The translations under genes were made by a program, and so were the position numbers. A stretch of 63,225 bases of DNA, counting the filler, from Craspedostauros australis (lineage: Eukaryota): the NCBI GenBank assembly GCA_030167865.1. It is 18 parts of 18 records of this genome, joined end to end, with 100 filler letters (N's around TTAATTAATTAA, not from the genome) between each part and the next. Parts side by side here need not be neighbours in the genome. Positions count along the whole stretch, not along the records: positions 10,739 to 12,780 come from JALAGF010006463.1; positions 12,881 to 17,747 come from JALAGF010006464.1; positions 17,848 to 21,580 come from JALAGF010006465.1; positions 21,681 to 23,089 come from JALAGF010006466.1; positions 23,190 to 30,263 come from JALAGF010006467.1; 13 more parts are not named here. The stretch is one strand, 5' to 3'. The notes under the pieces were generated by a model, which had not been told where the DNA came from, did no database searches, and saw nothing but the letters and a program-made list of their open reading frames with translations. Shown piece by piece: positions 10,739-23,583 of this stretch; the stretch's first letter is position 1, and each line of letters opens with the position of its first letter.

Positions 10739-12780
10739 CCACTTCCATTCCCGACGAATTCCGACAAGCGCAGAAATCCACCGTCACATCCCGGCGAACA
10801 CTTCGACATCACAGCGGACGGCGCAGTCATTTCCAAGTGTGACCACTTTCCTGGGAGCTGCGGGAAAATACTCGTCCGATAATAATAACAAATTGGACCA
10901 ACGACCACNNNNNNNNNNNNNNNNNNNNNNNNNNNNNNNNNNNNNNNNNNNNNNNNNNNNNNNNNNNNNNNNNNNNNNNNNNNNNNNNNNNNNNNNNNNN
11001 NNNNNNNNNNNNNNNNNNNNNNNNNNNNNNNNNNNNNNNNNNNNNNNNNNNNNNNNNNNNNNNNNNNNNNNNNNNNGACATGCTTGACATGAACGCCACC
11101 ATCGCGCGATCTGATCCGGAACCCGACTACGTAGCCCAACTGTCTAAGGTAGCAATCCGGAAATTCACAAATGCCACTGGCTGGTTCAGTGTTCAACCTA
11201 ATCCCACTGTAGAGACATGGCGGGAGCTCAATCAAGCCTCATACATGGAGTATGTCGCCCGGACGTTCACACCATCGCCCGCATCCTCAACCGCCATGCC
11301 TGACACAGCCACCAGCGCATTCCCCTTCNAACCAACNAAGACCGACCCAACGGAGAAGACCGGACGCGACCTCGCCGCAGAGTTCAACCGTAGCATCAAG
11401 CGTAACATTAGCGACTATCCCAAGTTGTCTGATGATAAATACTTCGCTACATTCCATCGTCGTCTGCGTGCCACTGCTGCTGCTCATGGCATCTCAAATG
11501 TTCTCGATGTTGACTACACCCCACCCGATGAACAAGCCGAGCTCTTCAAAGTGCAGTCCACCTTCCTGTTCAACGTGTTTGTATCCAACCTGCAGACCAC
11601 GAAGAGTNNNNNNNNNNNNNNNNNNNNNNNNNNNNNNNNNNNNNNNNNNNNNNNNNNATCCGATGAACAAGCCGAGCTCTTCAAAGTGCAGTCCACCTTC
11701 CTGTTCAACGTGTTTGTATCCAACCTGCAGACCACGAAGAGCAGGAAGTGTGTCACTCCGTACGAATCGATCTGTGATGGACAAGCCGTCTACTGCAGGC
11801 TGGTCCGCGAGTACACCACCGGTGCCACCGCCGTCAACACCATCCGACGCATCCGAGACGAGATCATCAAGTTCAAGCTGGATAAGCAGTGGCGCAAGAC
11901 CCGTGAGCAGTTCCTGGACCTGTGGCAACACAAGGTGCACGAACTTGAGGCTTTGCGTGATGATCCGATCGACGACGCGACGAAGAAGGAGTGGTTGACC
12001 AACGCCATCGAGGCNNNNNNNNNNCTGTACCAGTCTATCTTCCAGACTGACTACCTGCAGACCGCTATCCTGGCCTACTCACCCGGCAAGACCGCGACCA
12101 CCATGGAGTTCGACACTCTCGTTGAGCTCGTTCGATCGTACGCCGTCCAACTCGATGGTCACGACGCCAACAAGCCGAAGACGCCACGGCAAGTCAACAA
12201 TACTGATCAGCGCAAGCAACGTGGGAAGGATAAGGACGACGGACCTAACCTCTGGAAGCCGAACAAGGACTACAGCAAGGAGACACGAGAACGGCTGCCG
12301 CGTGAGGAGTTTCAGAAGCTGACGGATAAGCAACGCAGCGACTTCCTCCAAGCCCGGCGAGCCAAGTCTGGACGTGGTAAGAAGGACAAGCCTAGACGTT
12401 CCGCCAACAACACCAACCGCGGTGGATCCACATCCAACCAGAACGACCAACAGGACACCCAGACCAACGACAACGGTAGTAACAATAACGAATCTAGTTC
12501 TACCGCTGGAACAGCAATCAACCGTATGCTTTCCAATGCCATGTCTAGCGCGTCCGGGAGCCCNCCGACTACCCTCGTCATTGACGGTCGCACCTACACC
12601 CTGTCTCACACGAACGTATCGTACAAGTTCAACAACGCGAACGTGACTGTGCAAGGCGCATTGGTGGATGGAGGTGCGAACGGCGGTCTCGTTGGCGAGG
12701 ACATGCTGGTGATGGAGTCCACGTCCAACCGTGCTGATGTCTCTGGAATCGGCGACGCAGAGATCAAGGATCTGGCGCTG
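10739..12780 (+). mobile_element. Ty1/copia (CoDi group I-like) gag and start of aspartic protease
   Basis: FNRSIKRNISDYPKLSDDKYFATFHRRLRATAAAHGISNVLDVDYTP is a typical diatom-copia gag block. Protease active-site motif ALVDGGANGGLVGED lies near 12660. Confidence 0.85.
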
Positions 12781-14094
12781 NNNNNNNNNNNNNNNNNNNN
12801 NNNNNNNNNNNNNNNNNNNNNNNNTTAATTAATTAANNNNNNNNNNNNNNNNNNNNNNNNNNNNNNNNNNNNNNNNNNNNGCGAGAATTGGACGCCAAGG
12901 GAAGATCTTTCACACCGACAACGGAATAGGTGGTCCTAGTTTGATTCGATGAGAACAATATTCAAGTTGGGTTGCGGTAACATACGAATACAACTGTATT
13001 TACGAAACAATAAAGATGCGAATTCGTGGCGTGCACATGATCGTCCATGACAGATCAACACAGTGTTGCAAACCACGCTCGCGATTCATGGACCCTGTTG
13101 GCTATGACCCACCCACCGTCCACAGCGCCGCTGACGATTGCTGCATCTCGAGTTGCTCCGTCCTGGCTCTTGTGAAGCAGAGGGGTCTCCCTCTTGATCA
13201 GAACACTATTGTTCACCATTCTTCGCCGATGCAACGTCAAAAAGGAGTATCGGTTCCTCATGGCCTCCGATTCTGCAACAACGGGAGGAGTGGATACTGG
13301 AAACGAAATGGGTGAATTGGATCTGGCCTTGCCTTGCCTTTCCAGACAAGGCTACGCCAGTGCTCTTCAGCATATAGGATGTTGCTCCTCATGAGTGAGA
13401 CTGGGATCGGATCGGATCGGGTGATGACCTGTTCAACCACCCCAAGCTGAGCACTGTTGGCGTTCAACTCAACAGCAGTGGAATAGAAGACCACCAACTC
13501 AAGCACAACCATACATGCTCCACCCAAGGAGATGCCAAACAAACGCAAGGCGCAGCCACCAAGCACGCAGGCGACATCGATATTCGCATCGACGATAACA
13601 AGTGCGCAGTAATTTCCACCGTCCGTTCACGAGCGAGAAGCACAACCACCTCGAGGACGAAAGGTCTTCATGGCACCGACAGCGAGAGCCAAGCCTGATT
13701 TCGCGTTCACGAATCTTCGCTTGTGACATTCGCGGATGGGACAGACAAGTCGTCATGAAAAGAATTCAATTCTTCTTTATGTTAAGATCACACAGACTCC
13801 GTCCACTTTGTCTCCACGCTCTTCTTCAATCGCCACCTTGAGCTTCGAACATCCAAATTGTCCTGCCACCAGCAAGAATTCTAGGCGTCCGCCGTCGCTG
13901 GCCAGCTCCGAATTGGATGAGTGGCGACGCTCTTTGTCTTGATCGCTTGCAGTGCGTCGCCGGGTCCAAACAAGGTGACGCCGGTCATGACCTCGTCGCT
14001 GGACTCTTGGGGGGTTGTCCTGGTCGCTTGTGCCGGCGCTTGTAGTCGTATTCGGTTGTTTGGGAGCTTCTTCACAGGGGTATTGGATCGAGAT

Positions 14095-15075
14095 CTATTT
14101 TTGCTGTTTCCGATCCTTCTCCCTCTGCCTGATCACTTCGTTGTAGAAGATGACGGCAAACTCGTAATATTTTTCGCTTAGATCTCGAAAGTCTCCGAGA
14201 TCGTAGTCATCGGTATACAAGCACTGGTGGAGGCACTCAAATGGAGTGTTGCCATCATTGTTCTTGATGCCGAGATCCAGCTCGCATGATTCGATCAGAC
14301 GCTTTACCCGGTTGGTACAGACACCATCAGTATTCTTGAATTCCAAATGGAATAAAGTGTCACCGTTCTTGTTTTGAACATTAACATCCATGCCGTGTGA
14401 CTCCATCAAGTATTTCATGACATCTTTGGATGCAATGTGAATGGGAAGGTAACCGCGTTGATCTTCAATGCGAATGTCCGCACCATGTGACTCTACCAAG
14501 AACTTCACGGTGCGTACGCTATTTCTGTAGCATGCGAAATAAAGAGCAGACTCTCCCCATTCATTTTGAGCGTTCACATCAACTCCGCGCGATTCGATCA
14601 AGTACTTCGCAATGTCGAGTTGACCTCCTTCGCAAGCATGCCACAGTGCACCGCGCATGATATTGCCATCATCCTCCACGTTCGCTATGAAGTCATCAAG
14701 CAAGTATTTGACAAGATCCAGATGCCCATTGTTGCATGCATCGCGTAGAAGGGTCTCACCGTCCTTGTGCTCAGCCCAGGCATCATTGCGTGTTGGATTC
14801 TGCTGTTTCCATCGTTGGACAGTTCGCAGATCCCCACCTTTCGCTGCAGTCTCGAGATCTTCCAGGGTGACTTCGGGAATGGAGGTGCCGATGTCGTCAG
14901 GATTAACATCTCCGTTCTTGCTGTTCGCGTTACAGTGGGTCTGACGAACGAGGAAACGTTGAGCGTTGGGCTGTGGCGTGACCCTACTGATGCCTCTTGT
15001 GACGGACATTCGATTGCGTGAGGATACGATGAATCCAACGTGGATTAGAGGGCGAAGGAAGAGCATGGTTGGCAT
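14095..15075 (-). CDS. Ankyrin-repeat protein (326 aa), possible organellar presequence
   Basis: About 5-6 ANK repeats: DGETLLRDACNNGHLDLVKYLL, ALWHACEGGQLDIAKYLIESRGVDVNAQNEWGESALYFAC, GYLPIHIA, NGDTLFH and DGNTPF. ATG at 15075. Confidence 0.85.
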   Translation of the reverse strand: MPTMLFLRPLIHVGFIVSSRNRMSVTRGISRVTPQPNAQRFLVRQTHCNANSKNGDVNPDDIGTSIPEVTLEDLETAAKGGDLRTVQRWKQQNPTRNDAWAEHKDGETLLRDACNNGHLDLVKYLLDDFIANVEDDGNIMRGALWHACEGGQLDIAKYLIESRGVDVNAQNEWGESALYFACYRNSVRTVKFLVESHGADIRIEDQRGYLPIHIASKDVMKYLMESHGMDVNVQNKNGDTLFHLEFKNTDGVCTNRVKRLIESCELDLGIKNNDGNTPFECLHQCLYTDDYDLGDFRDLSEKYYEFAVIFYNEVIRQREKDRKQQK

Positions 15076-15236
15076 GGTTGTTGTTGCTTCGAATGAACTG
15101 AATGAACTGATGGCGAGAGGAGTACTCCATGCGCTGTTGATGCCAGCTGATGTTGGTTGCGAACCCAACTGAATTTTATGAAGCAACCTCTGCGCTCGCC
15201 TTGCTTTCGGTGATGTACGAGCTACCCGTACGAGTA

Positions 15237-15271
<35 letters not shown>

Positions 15272-15713
15272 ACTGTCTCTCTCTCTCTCTCCAGAGAGAA
15301 ACCTTGACTTCCATTCTGAATAGAGTAAAGATTCTCTTCCAAACGTGATGTCAGACAGTTGCCGGAAAGTCCGACTTTTGAGATCGTTTTGGTTCACGGT
15401 GTTGCTGCTGCGAATCGTCGAAATGCTCAAGTACGCAGGTATGTGGTAGGATTGGGCGGAGAAGACACGGGATGCAGCGTGGAGCTTTGCGAAACCCCGA
15501 AAACTGTCGCTCGCACTCGGACGAGTATCGAAGAGCACTCCGCGTATTGATCTCCAGCGTTCTATAGACTTGAAGGAGCCCGCCGATCGAGGACGCAACC
15601 CATGAATAGGTACCATCCTGCATCACACGGCCCGTCCGCACGCGGGCTCCCATTCTTACGTACGAATATCATATCGTTTCAGTGGACGACTTGGCATCGC
15701 CATCCTGTGCGAC

Positions 15714-17705
15714 TTAGGCGGTTGAATTTGGGTTTGTGCGGAAGCTGAATATTGCTTTCTGGTCTCCATCGTGCAAGCGCTGTCGGTTATGACGTCTCTG
15801 GATCTTGCCGCTTGTTGTTTTGGAGATGGTGCGTTCTTCCACAGCTGCGATTGTTGCTGGCGTCAATCCAATGTGCTCAATCACGGCCTTTCTGATCTCC
15901 TGACAGACTGTTGAGGCATCGTCTGCATGATTGGCCCGGATCTAAAAGACGATCTCGAGCTGTCCGTCGTTGCCCGTTTCATCGGACGAAAATGCCGCGA
16001 CACAGCCTGGACGGACGGCAGATGATGCCCCTTCAACAGCGTGCTCGATATCTTGCGGGTAGTAGTTGACACCATTGACGATGATGATGTCCTTCTTGCG
16101 CCCGCAGATGTAGAGATAGTCATCTTGGTAGAATCCGTACTCTCCTGTCCGCAAGTACATCTTGCCGTCGGCATCGGATGATGAATCGCCTTCGAGTGTA
16201 GCTTGGAAGGTTTCGACGGTGAGCTGTGGCTGATTGTAGTACCCAGCGGTCACAGAGGCCCCGGCGATCCAGATCTCTCCTGTGACGTTGTCTGGACGTT
16301 GTACACGAGTATTCGGGTCCACGATGATGATATCGACGGAGCTGTGCAGATTGCTGCGATGCGCGACGGCGATGAATGGTTGGAGATCTTCACCTTCGCG
16401 GATGGTGGAAAGATGGGAGCCGTGATTGTAGCTGACACCAACGACGTTCTCTGCCAGTCCGTATGCTGCGAGGAACCAGTCCTTGCGTAGACCATACGGA
16501 CCAAATGCGTCGGCAAACCCTTTCTCCGTGTCAAGCCAGATTGGTTCTGCGGCATTCTGGAAATGAAGCACGCTGGAGAGGTCCAATTTTGGAATAGACT
16601 TTCCTCTGGCCTTGTTGAACTTGCGGGTGACCAACCGATACCCAAAGTCGGGAGCGGCACTGATGTGGCACTTGTGCTGGGACATGAGATCAATCCAGAG
16701 CAACGGGTTGCGGATGAACGAGACTGGTGATATCATGTGGGAGCGGAAGGTGCCTGCCAATGGCGCAATGCCCATCTCGATGAGGCCCATGTCATGGTAC
16801 TGCGGCAACCAAGAGCATGTGGCGATGTGCTTTGGGATGTCGCTCATATCACCCAGCTGGTCTTGGAATGAAGCGAACCAGTAGCTCTGTACGAGCTCGA
16901 TGTTGGCCCGCAGCGCTTCGTGGGTCACCATGACGCCCTTGGGGTTGCCGGTACTCCCGGATGTGTACTGGAGGAACGCCAGATCCGATCCCACGATGTT
17001 TGGTTCATCGAAGGAAGGTGGCGGCGACGAGGAGCAGCCAGAAACGAAGCACGAAAGGATACCATTATTTGACTGCTTGGAGTTGTTGCTGTTGCTCTTG
17101 TTTTTGTTGGCGATGAACGGGTTGTGACGGATGATATGATCGGTAACTTTGTACTTCACCCCGCTCAGCCACATGGCCCGGGTCTTGGATATTGGGTTGG
17201 CGCGATCGGTAACACGAAGCAGATTGATGGTCGCCTGGGTGAGGATGAGTGTCGGAGCGCAATCCTCGATGATCTTGTTCATCTTGGTGAGCGACTTGAC
17301 TAGCGGCGGCCCCGGAGGGTACACCAACATGGCTGTCACGCCCGCGCGCAGACATCCCAGGAACATGGCGAAGAAGTGCAGACCGAAGTCGTAGCAGAGG
17401 ACCACGCGGTCGCCTTTATTGGTGCCCCATTTGTTGCGAAGGAGGTGGGCACAGTGTCCCGCTTCATCCCAGAGCTGCTGGAAGGTGTAGTTATCGATTG
17501 CCTTTCCCTTCTCGTTGTACCAAGTGGAGAAGACGGTGTCGGACTTGCGTTCAACGACGAACTTGATGTGTTCGACGAAGGACTTGTTTTGGATGGATTT
17601 GTGGATGATTTCATGCTCAGTGGGGATGACGTTGGCGTTGGCGGCTTCGATATCATCAACAGCGATGGCGGGGTTGATATTGGAAGGAAGTGATGGGATA
17701 CTCAT
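15714..17705 (-). pseudogene. Fatty acyl-AMP ligase (FAAL/FadD32-like adenylation enzyme) with a premature in-frame TAG at 15944-15942
   Basis: LAFLQYTSGSTGNPKGV, SWLPQYHDMGLI, AYGLAE, GEIWIAGASVTAGYY and GRKKDIIIVNGVNYYPQDIE. After LEIVF-TAG the same frame continues IRANH...TISKTTSGKIQRR (A10 catalytic Lys motif) to TAA at 15716-15714. The A7 motif is RTGEYG instead of RTGDLG. Confidence 0.85.
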
Positions 17706-17849
17706 GTTGGGATATGCTGTCGATACGGACAGGTAGGCTGCAGATGTNNNNNNNNNNNNNNNNNNNNNNNNNNNNNNNNNNNNNNNNNNNNTTAATTAAT
17801 TAANNNNNNNNNNNNNNNNNNNNNNNNNNNNNNNNNNNNNNNNNNNNTG

Positions 17850-17931
17850 TTCTCAACATCAAACGGCGTCAAAACCGGTTGAAGGACAGATCATCCTCCT
17901 GACAACGTGCAGAAGACACGGAATACTAACT
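17850..17931 (+). repeat. Probable LTR 3' end shared with 56300-56379
   Basis: catcaaacggcgtcaaa..ccggttgaagg.cagatcatcctcctgacaacgtgca.aagacacggaatactaact is near-identical at both places, and similarity stops abruptly after ACTAACT. Confidence 0.55.
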
Positions 17932-20373
17932 ATTGTTGCCAATTACTTTACAGTATATTCGATGCTTGATCCTTTTCTGCTGCTGGTTGCTTCCTGTTGG
18001 ATCTTCTCTGTGGATTTGGTTGTGGTTGGATGCTCCTCGTTCTGAATGCTCTTCATTGCTTCACTACTGGTTGCCAAATGTCATGTGGTGGTGCTCACTA
18101 CTAACCCACTAGTACCTGGTTGAAGCCAGATACTCTTCTTGATATTGAGCCATGTATGAATTCATTGGCTGTGGTCGGAAGCCCTTTTGCTTCTTCTGGA
18201 AACTGCCTACGACTTGTTGATCAATAACAATATTCCCGGATCTTGCTGAATGCAGTCTTCTCACTAGTTGGTTGTTTCAGGAAGCAGTCTGCGCTCTGCA
18301 TTCTGTGTGGTGCTGGTGATTAGTATGTGTGTTGGTGTCTGCTGGATGTTGCCTTTCATGCTTTTGACAGGATGTGGTGCTCTCTGTCTGTTGCGACATA
18401 CATTGATGAGATCTGAACTGTATGCTGTGCTCTCTGCCCATCAGCTGCTTCCAGCCAGATGCTCTGCTATTAACCATCAGCCAAATATACAACTTCTGAA
18501 GACTACTGTGATGTTCATTCCACAGGCTCAATGCTCAGCCATCCACAAGGCTCTGAATGCACCAACTCACTGAGCATTGTCCTTGCCGCTGTGATGTCAG
18601 TGTTGTTGAGGTTGTTGTTGCCCTGATGCATGGCATTTGCAGCTAGTTGTGCATTGCCGACTGCTCTTCACTGCCCTTTGCCCATTGACATCATGTAGGA
18701 TGAGAATTTGGCCTGCAGTGGGAGTGCAAGGAGATGCAGCTCCAGATCCACTATTGCCCTTCAACCATACTTGTATTCCTTGTGTGTTGGTACAAAAAGT
18801 GTTGACGATGGTTGCTGCATCTGCTGACAATGCTGCAGTAGGCGTTGGTGGAGTAGCTTGGTAGATTTCTCTGCTGGTGTGTTCATGAGATGGTGGTGTC
18901 TCATGGTCGTCGACGATGCTGTCGATACTGAACTACGCAGTGTCATTCTGCTCAGCACACACTGACCATATCTTCGACGGCCACAATGGAGGCGTTGTTG
19001 ATGGTGAGGTTGACCTGTGTCGAAATTCCTCGTGGTCCCAAAAGTAACGTGCTCCTGTAACGCTCAGGAGTGATCGATCATGCGCTTGCCACGTTGACGG
19101 TGAGGGGGAATTTGTTGTTTCTGTACTCTATTCTGGTTTAGTCCCGTACAATCGGGAATTACTGATGTCACACATTTCGACAGACCTGCGGCCCTGGTTG
19201 ACTTGCTGTGCTGGATGCAATTGCGTTGTTGTTCAGTTTCTGTGGTGGATGGTGTTGTTGGGACGAATCTGTTGGTCCACCCAACGCCTCCCACCAAACC
19301 ATGCGTTGAATTTGTTGAGTTCGAATGCTTTGCGAAAACCAGCTACTGTCTGTCCGTGTACCCGCATACACACGTCATGATGGTGAGACGAAGTGATTGG
19401 ACAAGGAATACTGATGATGACGTTTGACAAATGTCAATGACAAAATACGGGAGCAATTGGGAAATTTCAAATTTGGATTTCAAACGTTCACATTTCTCAG
19501 TAGTCGATATGGTGTAGATCGTTGCCATGAAACACGAGTAACGTTAATGGGGGTTACGCGAGCCAATATTTAAAATGGCCTCTCCCGCTTTGGATTGATG
19601 GTGATTAAAGGGGTTCCACCATTGCTTCTTCTCCAGCTTACTCACTGCCACCCAGAAGACTACATGTACTTCAATACTTCATAAATGATTTCCTTCAAAG
19701 GCTTGGGACGATTTCTTCGACAAGGATTGAATTGGACGACTGAGATCGAACACATGTGAACAAGGACATTCGTCACAGTACAACACGGCAATGCACGAGA
19801 CTGAGGATGTCAATCCCATTCTCCATCGTCGCCTCGCTCTTTCAGAAGCTATTATACTTGATTACTCCCTGTCCATTGGAAGTACCGCCTTCACCATCAT
19901 AATCCTGGTCGCAGTGAAACGAGAATGAGGGGGGAAGAGCAGTTGGGGCAACTGCACACGTTGACACCGCGAGTTGATCGTGTTGTCGCACCACGAAATT
20001 GTGTCGTCTGCCCGTCTGTGCGGCAATTGGCATCAAGTTTTGCCTCCGACCAACGAAAAACAGATTCTCGAACTCGTGAACAAACCAAAATGTCATGAGA
20101 TAGTCCCAAACTCGAGAAAAGCAACACGACAGATCGTGGGCTCCATTAGAGGTAGCCTGCCCAACTTCATCACCTCATAACTTTAAATATAAGATCCCCC
20201 TGGAGCTTTAATCTCGGACTATGAACCTAAGTATGTTAAAGTGTATATGAGCCAAGTTTCATCTGAATTGAAGGTCCAAAATCAAAGAATCCTGGAGGGA
20301 CCGCACCGCTATTGACTCACACGGGTCATATACAACCTTTCTCCACGCACTATAGCTGGTCCTTCTCTTTCTA

Positions 20374-20970
20374 ATGGTGCTGCGTATTTCGAACTCCCTT
20401 TCTGAGAGGCAGGCATTGCAAGAAGCCCATGATCGATTTGTTGAGGCTGTGAATCAGCTTTCGCAGATTGATGTGCAGGGTCTGAACTACACTGGTGTTG
20501 CCATTCTTGTGGAGTACTACAGTCACGCTATTGCATTAGGCTGCCATGTGCTGGAGATGCAGCAGCTCTATCTCGGTCCATTGGGTCCTCCTCCTTTGTA
20601 TACAAACAGAAACATTGCCATCTCAGAATTGGCTGACACCGAAGCTATTCCTCACTTCCGCTTCCGAGCATGCTACCTCTAACACTTGGCTGACCGTCTC
20701 TGGCCACAGTCCCAGGCAGTGTCCGGTGAGAATGACCCTGCATGCATTCAGGTCAAGAACCGATACTTGGTATCCTATGAAATGGGATTGCTGCTCATGC
20801 TGTACCGTCTGGCACATTGTGGACGTTTCTGTGACATGGAACTGAGATTCAGTATGGACAGCATCTGCATCTCCTGCATTGTTTGTACTTTCTACATCTA
20901 CTTCTATGCCATTGCCTTACTGTACCTGAGCAATATCGAATTATTTCTTCCTCGGTTTGCCGTCTATGCT
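20374..20970 (+). pseudogene. PIF/Harbinger/ISL2EU-like transposase N-terminal (HTH) remnant
   Basis: LADTEAIPHFRFRACYL*HLADRLW...NRYLVSYEMGLLLMLYRLAHCGRFCDMELRF matches the FRF...L.RL....r..d....F helix-turn-helix block that precedes DDE_Tnp_4 domains. Internal TAA at 20680-20682; catalytic domain is missing. Confidence 0.65.
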
Positions 20971-21680
20971 AAGAACAGTCATCGTCTTGTTGCCTTATGC
21001 CGGCGGACGATTGATGTTCATACAATTGATATTGTTTTGCTAACGATGATGGATGTAAGACCAAATTATGATTACTTGAGCTATCTCTCTCTCTCTCTCT
21101 TCTGCTGTCTGCACCTCTTGGTTGATCGTATTCATGCATTTCGAGATGATTCGGTTTGCACTTCTCCCAAACCCAAGCCATTCTCTATTAGGTTTCTCGT
21201 TTTGGTTGGAGGCCAGTGATTGAAGAAGTGTCTTCTCATATGCAAATATTTCTGCATGATCAAATCTTTGTGCAGGTTTTCACGTGACCGGAGGTGTGGG
21301 AGATGGGGGTGAAACCTATCTGTTCTGAAAATTATGTCCGTGCAGGGTGGTCATTTGCTCAGTGTAGATCCTACTCGTGGTTTGTGCGGTATCGTCTGTC
21401 CATTGACAATCATCGTTCGGATTCGGCCAAGTTGCAATATACCATGATGTCACTGAAAAATTGCTGAAAATTGGTATTTTCCCTTCATGTCCCCACTGAC
21501 CGGTGACCGAATTGTCTGTACTACCACCAGTACACACGATTGAGCAACAAATGGACAGGCACTCTACCTCCAAAAGAGACNNNNNNNNNNNNNNNNNNNN
21601 NNNNNNNNNNNNNNNNNNNNNNNNTTAATTAATTAANNNNNNNNNNNNNNNNNNNNNNNNNNNNNNNNNNNNNNNNNNNN

Positions 21681-23089
21681 CGCTCGCATGTGCTGCGGTG
21701 CATGCATATTCACCAAGGCATGCGTTGAACCCAATTCTGACGTGGCTCTGGGAACGGCTGGGCCTGTACTGTTCAACGCGGTAGCCAACGCTCGCACAGG
21801 CGTAGGGTCCAACGCAGGCGCGGCTTTGTATGATGGCGTCTCTGTAGGAGTATGTGCCAGCAAGGACGCAGGAAAGATAATCAGTGCAGGCCAGTTGACC
21901 AATGAAGGTGACACCNNNNNNNNNNNNNNNNNNNNNNNNNNNNNNNNNNNNNNNNNNNNNNNNNNNNNNNNNNNNNNNNNNNNNNNNNNNNNNNNNNNNN
22001 NNNNNNNNNNNNNNNNNNNNNNNNNNNNNGCAAGATCCAGACCCAATGCAGGCAGTGGTGGCAATGGTCATGAAACTGTAACCGTCGGCGCTGGTACAGT
22101 GATACTTCTCTGCACAGCTTGGAGCCCCAGCGTCCTGGCACATGTAGTAGATGTCCTCGCCACCNNNNNNNNNNNNNNNNNNNNNNNNNNNNNNNNNNNN
22201 NNNNNNNNNNNNNNATCCAGACCCAATGCAGGCAGTGGTGGCAATGGTCATGAAACTGTAACCGTCGGCGCTGGTACAGTGATACTCCTCTGCACAGCTT
22301 GGAGCCCCAGCGTCCTGGCACATGTAGTAGATGTCCTNNNNNNNNNNNNNNNNNNNNNNNNNNNNNNNNGCGGCGGACAATAGCTTCAGCTCCTCAGCTA
22401 GCAAGGGGCTGGACGCATATCGGTTGAATAGCTTGTGCGCATCCCCCTCGGTCAAGAGGCCAGCGCATGCAAAGTAATTCTGCAATCCTGGTGTGCTTCG
22501 AACAGCAGTGACGACCTCGCGGTACGATGTCTTGGATGGATTGCAGATGATGGTCTTCGGCTCGGATGCCTCTGGCGGAAAGCATGGCGGCGCAACATCT
22601 GGCTCGCAGGCCACGGAGATGCTGGAATCAAATGCAAACGAGATGGTTGTCAGTGCAGATGTAGGCCCTGATGTCGGCATGCTGGTTGCTCTGCCTGTTG
22701 GCTGGTCGGTCGGTGATGAGGTAGGCCTCAGGGTTGGATTGCTGGTTGGCAAGGCAACTGGCCGCCCAGTTGGCCTTGAAGTTGGTGCCCCAGTTGGTGG
22801 CAAGGTTGGTGTAGAAGTCGGTGTTGTCGTCATTATTCAGGCCAACGCAGTTGGTGCCAATGTAGGAGAGCTGGTAGGCGAACTGGTTGGTGCCACACTG
22901 GGATNGCTGCTTGGATTGTTGGACGGTGCTCCCGTCTGTTTGTTACCCTTGACGTTCTTTGGAATGAAACCGCCGTCGCCCTTCAGCAGTCTGGTTGCCT
23001 GCATTGCAACATGAAGTTCGTTGGTTGGGTCAATCAATCTATGGCCGCAAAGGATGGCATCGATCGTCTTGCATTCGGCGAGCAAGATC
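21681..23089 (-). pseudogene. Extracellular-type Pro/Thr/Ser (PT-repeat) and Cys-repeat protein, partial, with in-frame TGA at 22839-22837
   Basis: RLLKG...APSNNPSS-PSVAPTSSPTSSPTLAPT*...PTGAPTSRPTGRP..., then repeated ACxGxxAC units (ACIGSGSC, ACTDYLSC, ACVGPYAC, ACLGEYAC). The ORFs 22837-23085 and 21681-22833 share one frame. Confidence 0.65.
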
Positions 23090-23189
23090 NNNNNNNNNNN
23101 NNNNNNNNNNNNNNNNNNNNNNNNNNNNNNNNNTTAATTAATTAANNNNNNNNNNNNNNNNNNNNNNNNNNNNNNNNNNNNNNNNNNNN

Positions 23190-23583
23190 AGGCGAAGATC
23201 CGATGACCGAAGGGCATCAGCATCATGGATACGAAAGGTGAACTTCAAATGGCGAGTACTCATGGAGTAGGAGTCAGTACTGAATGAACGGAGTGTCGAA
23301 TACGAAGTACGTATTGAACACGGAGTATCGTGTGCGACGAGTACATGATGTTGAGAGAGAGAGNNNNNNNNNNNNNNNNNNNNNNNNNNNNNNNNNNNNN
23401 NNNNNNNNNNNNNNNNNNNNNNNNNNNNNNNNNNNNNNNNNNNNNNNNNNNNNNNNNNNNNNNNNNNNNNNNNNNNNNNNNNNNNNNNNNNNGAGTAGCC
23501 AAGTAATGAAATAGCAAACGAACGACTATCAACCAACACCATCTTCCACGATCGTAGGTTACCGTGCGCGGAACTTGCCAACA
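23190..23583 (+). mobile_element. 3' half of a family-B copia LTR
   Basis: Colinear with 28408-28784 (gaagatccgatgacc...atggagtag...(GA)n...aagtaatgaaatagcaaac) and ends GGAACTTGCCAACA. Confidence 0.8.

Noticed and set aside
580..17705. Biotin/fatty-acid biosynthetic cluster (bioB plus FAAL), or a bacterial origin for yebC-bioB
   Set aside because: bioB and FAAL are on different scaffolds separated by three linkers. The YebC gene has spliceosomal introns and both genes have eukaryotic targeting peptides.
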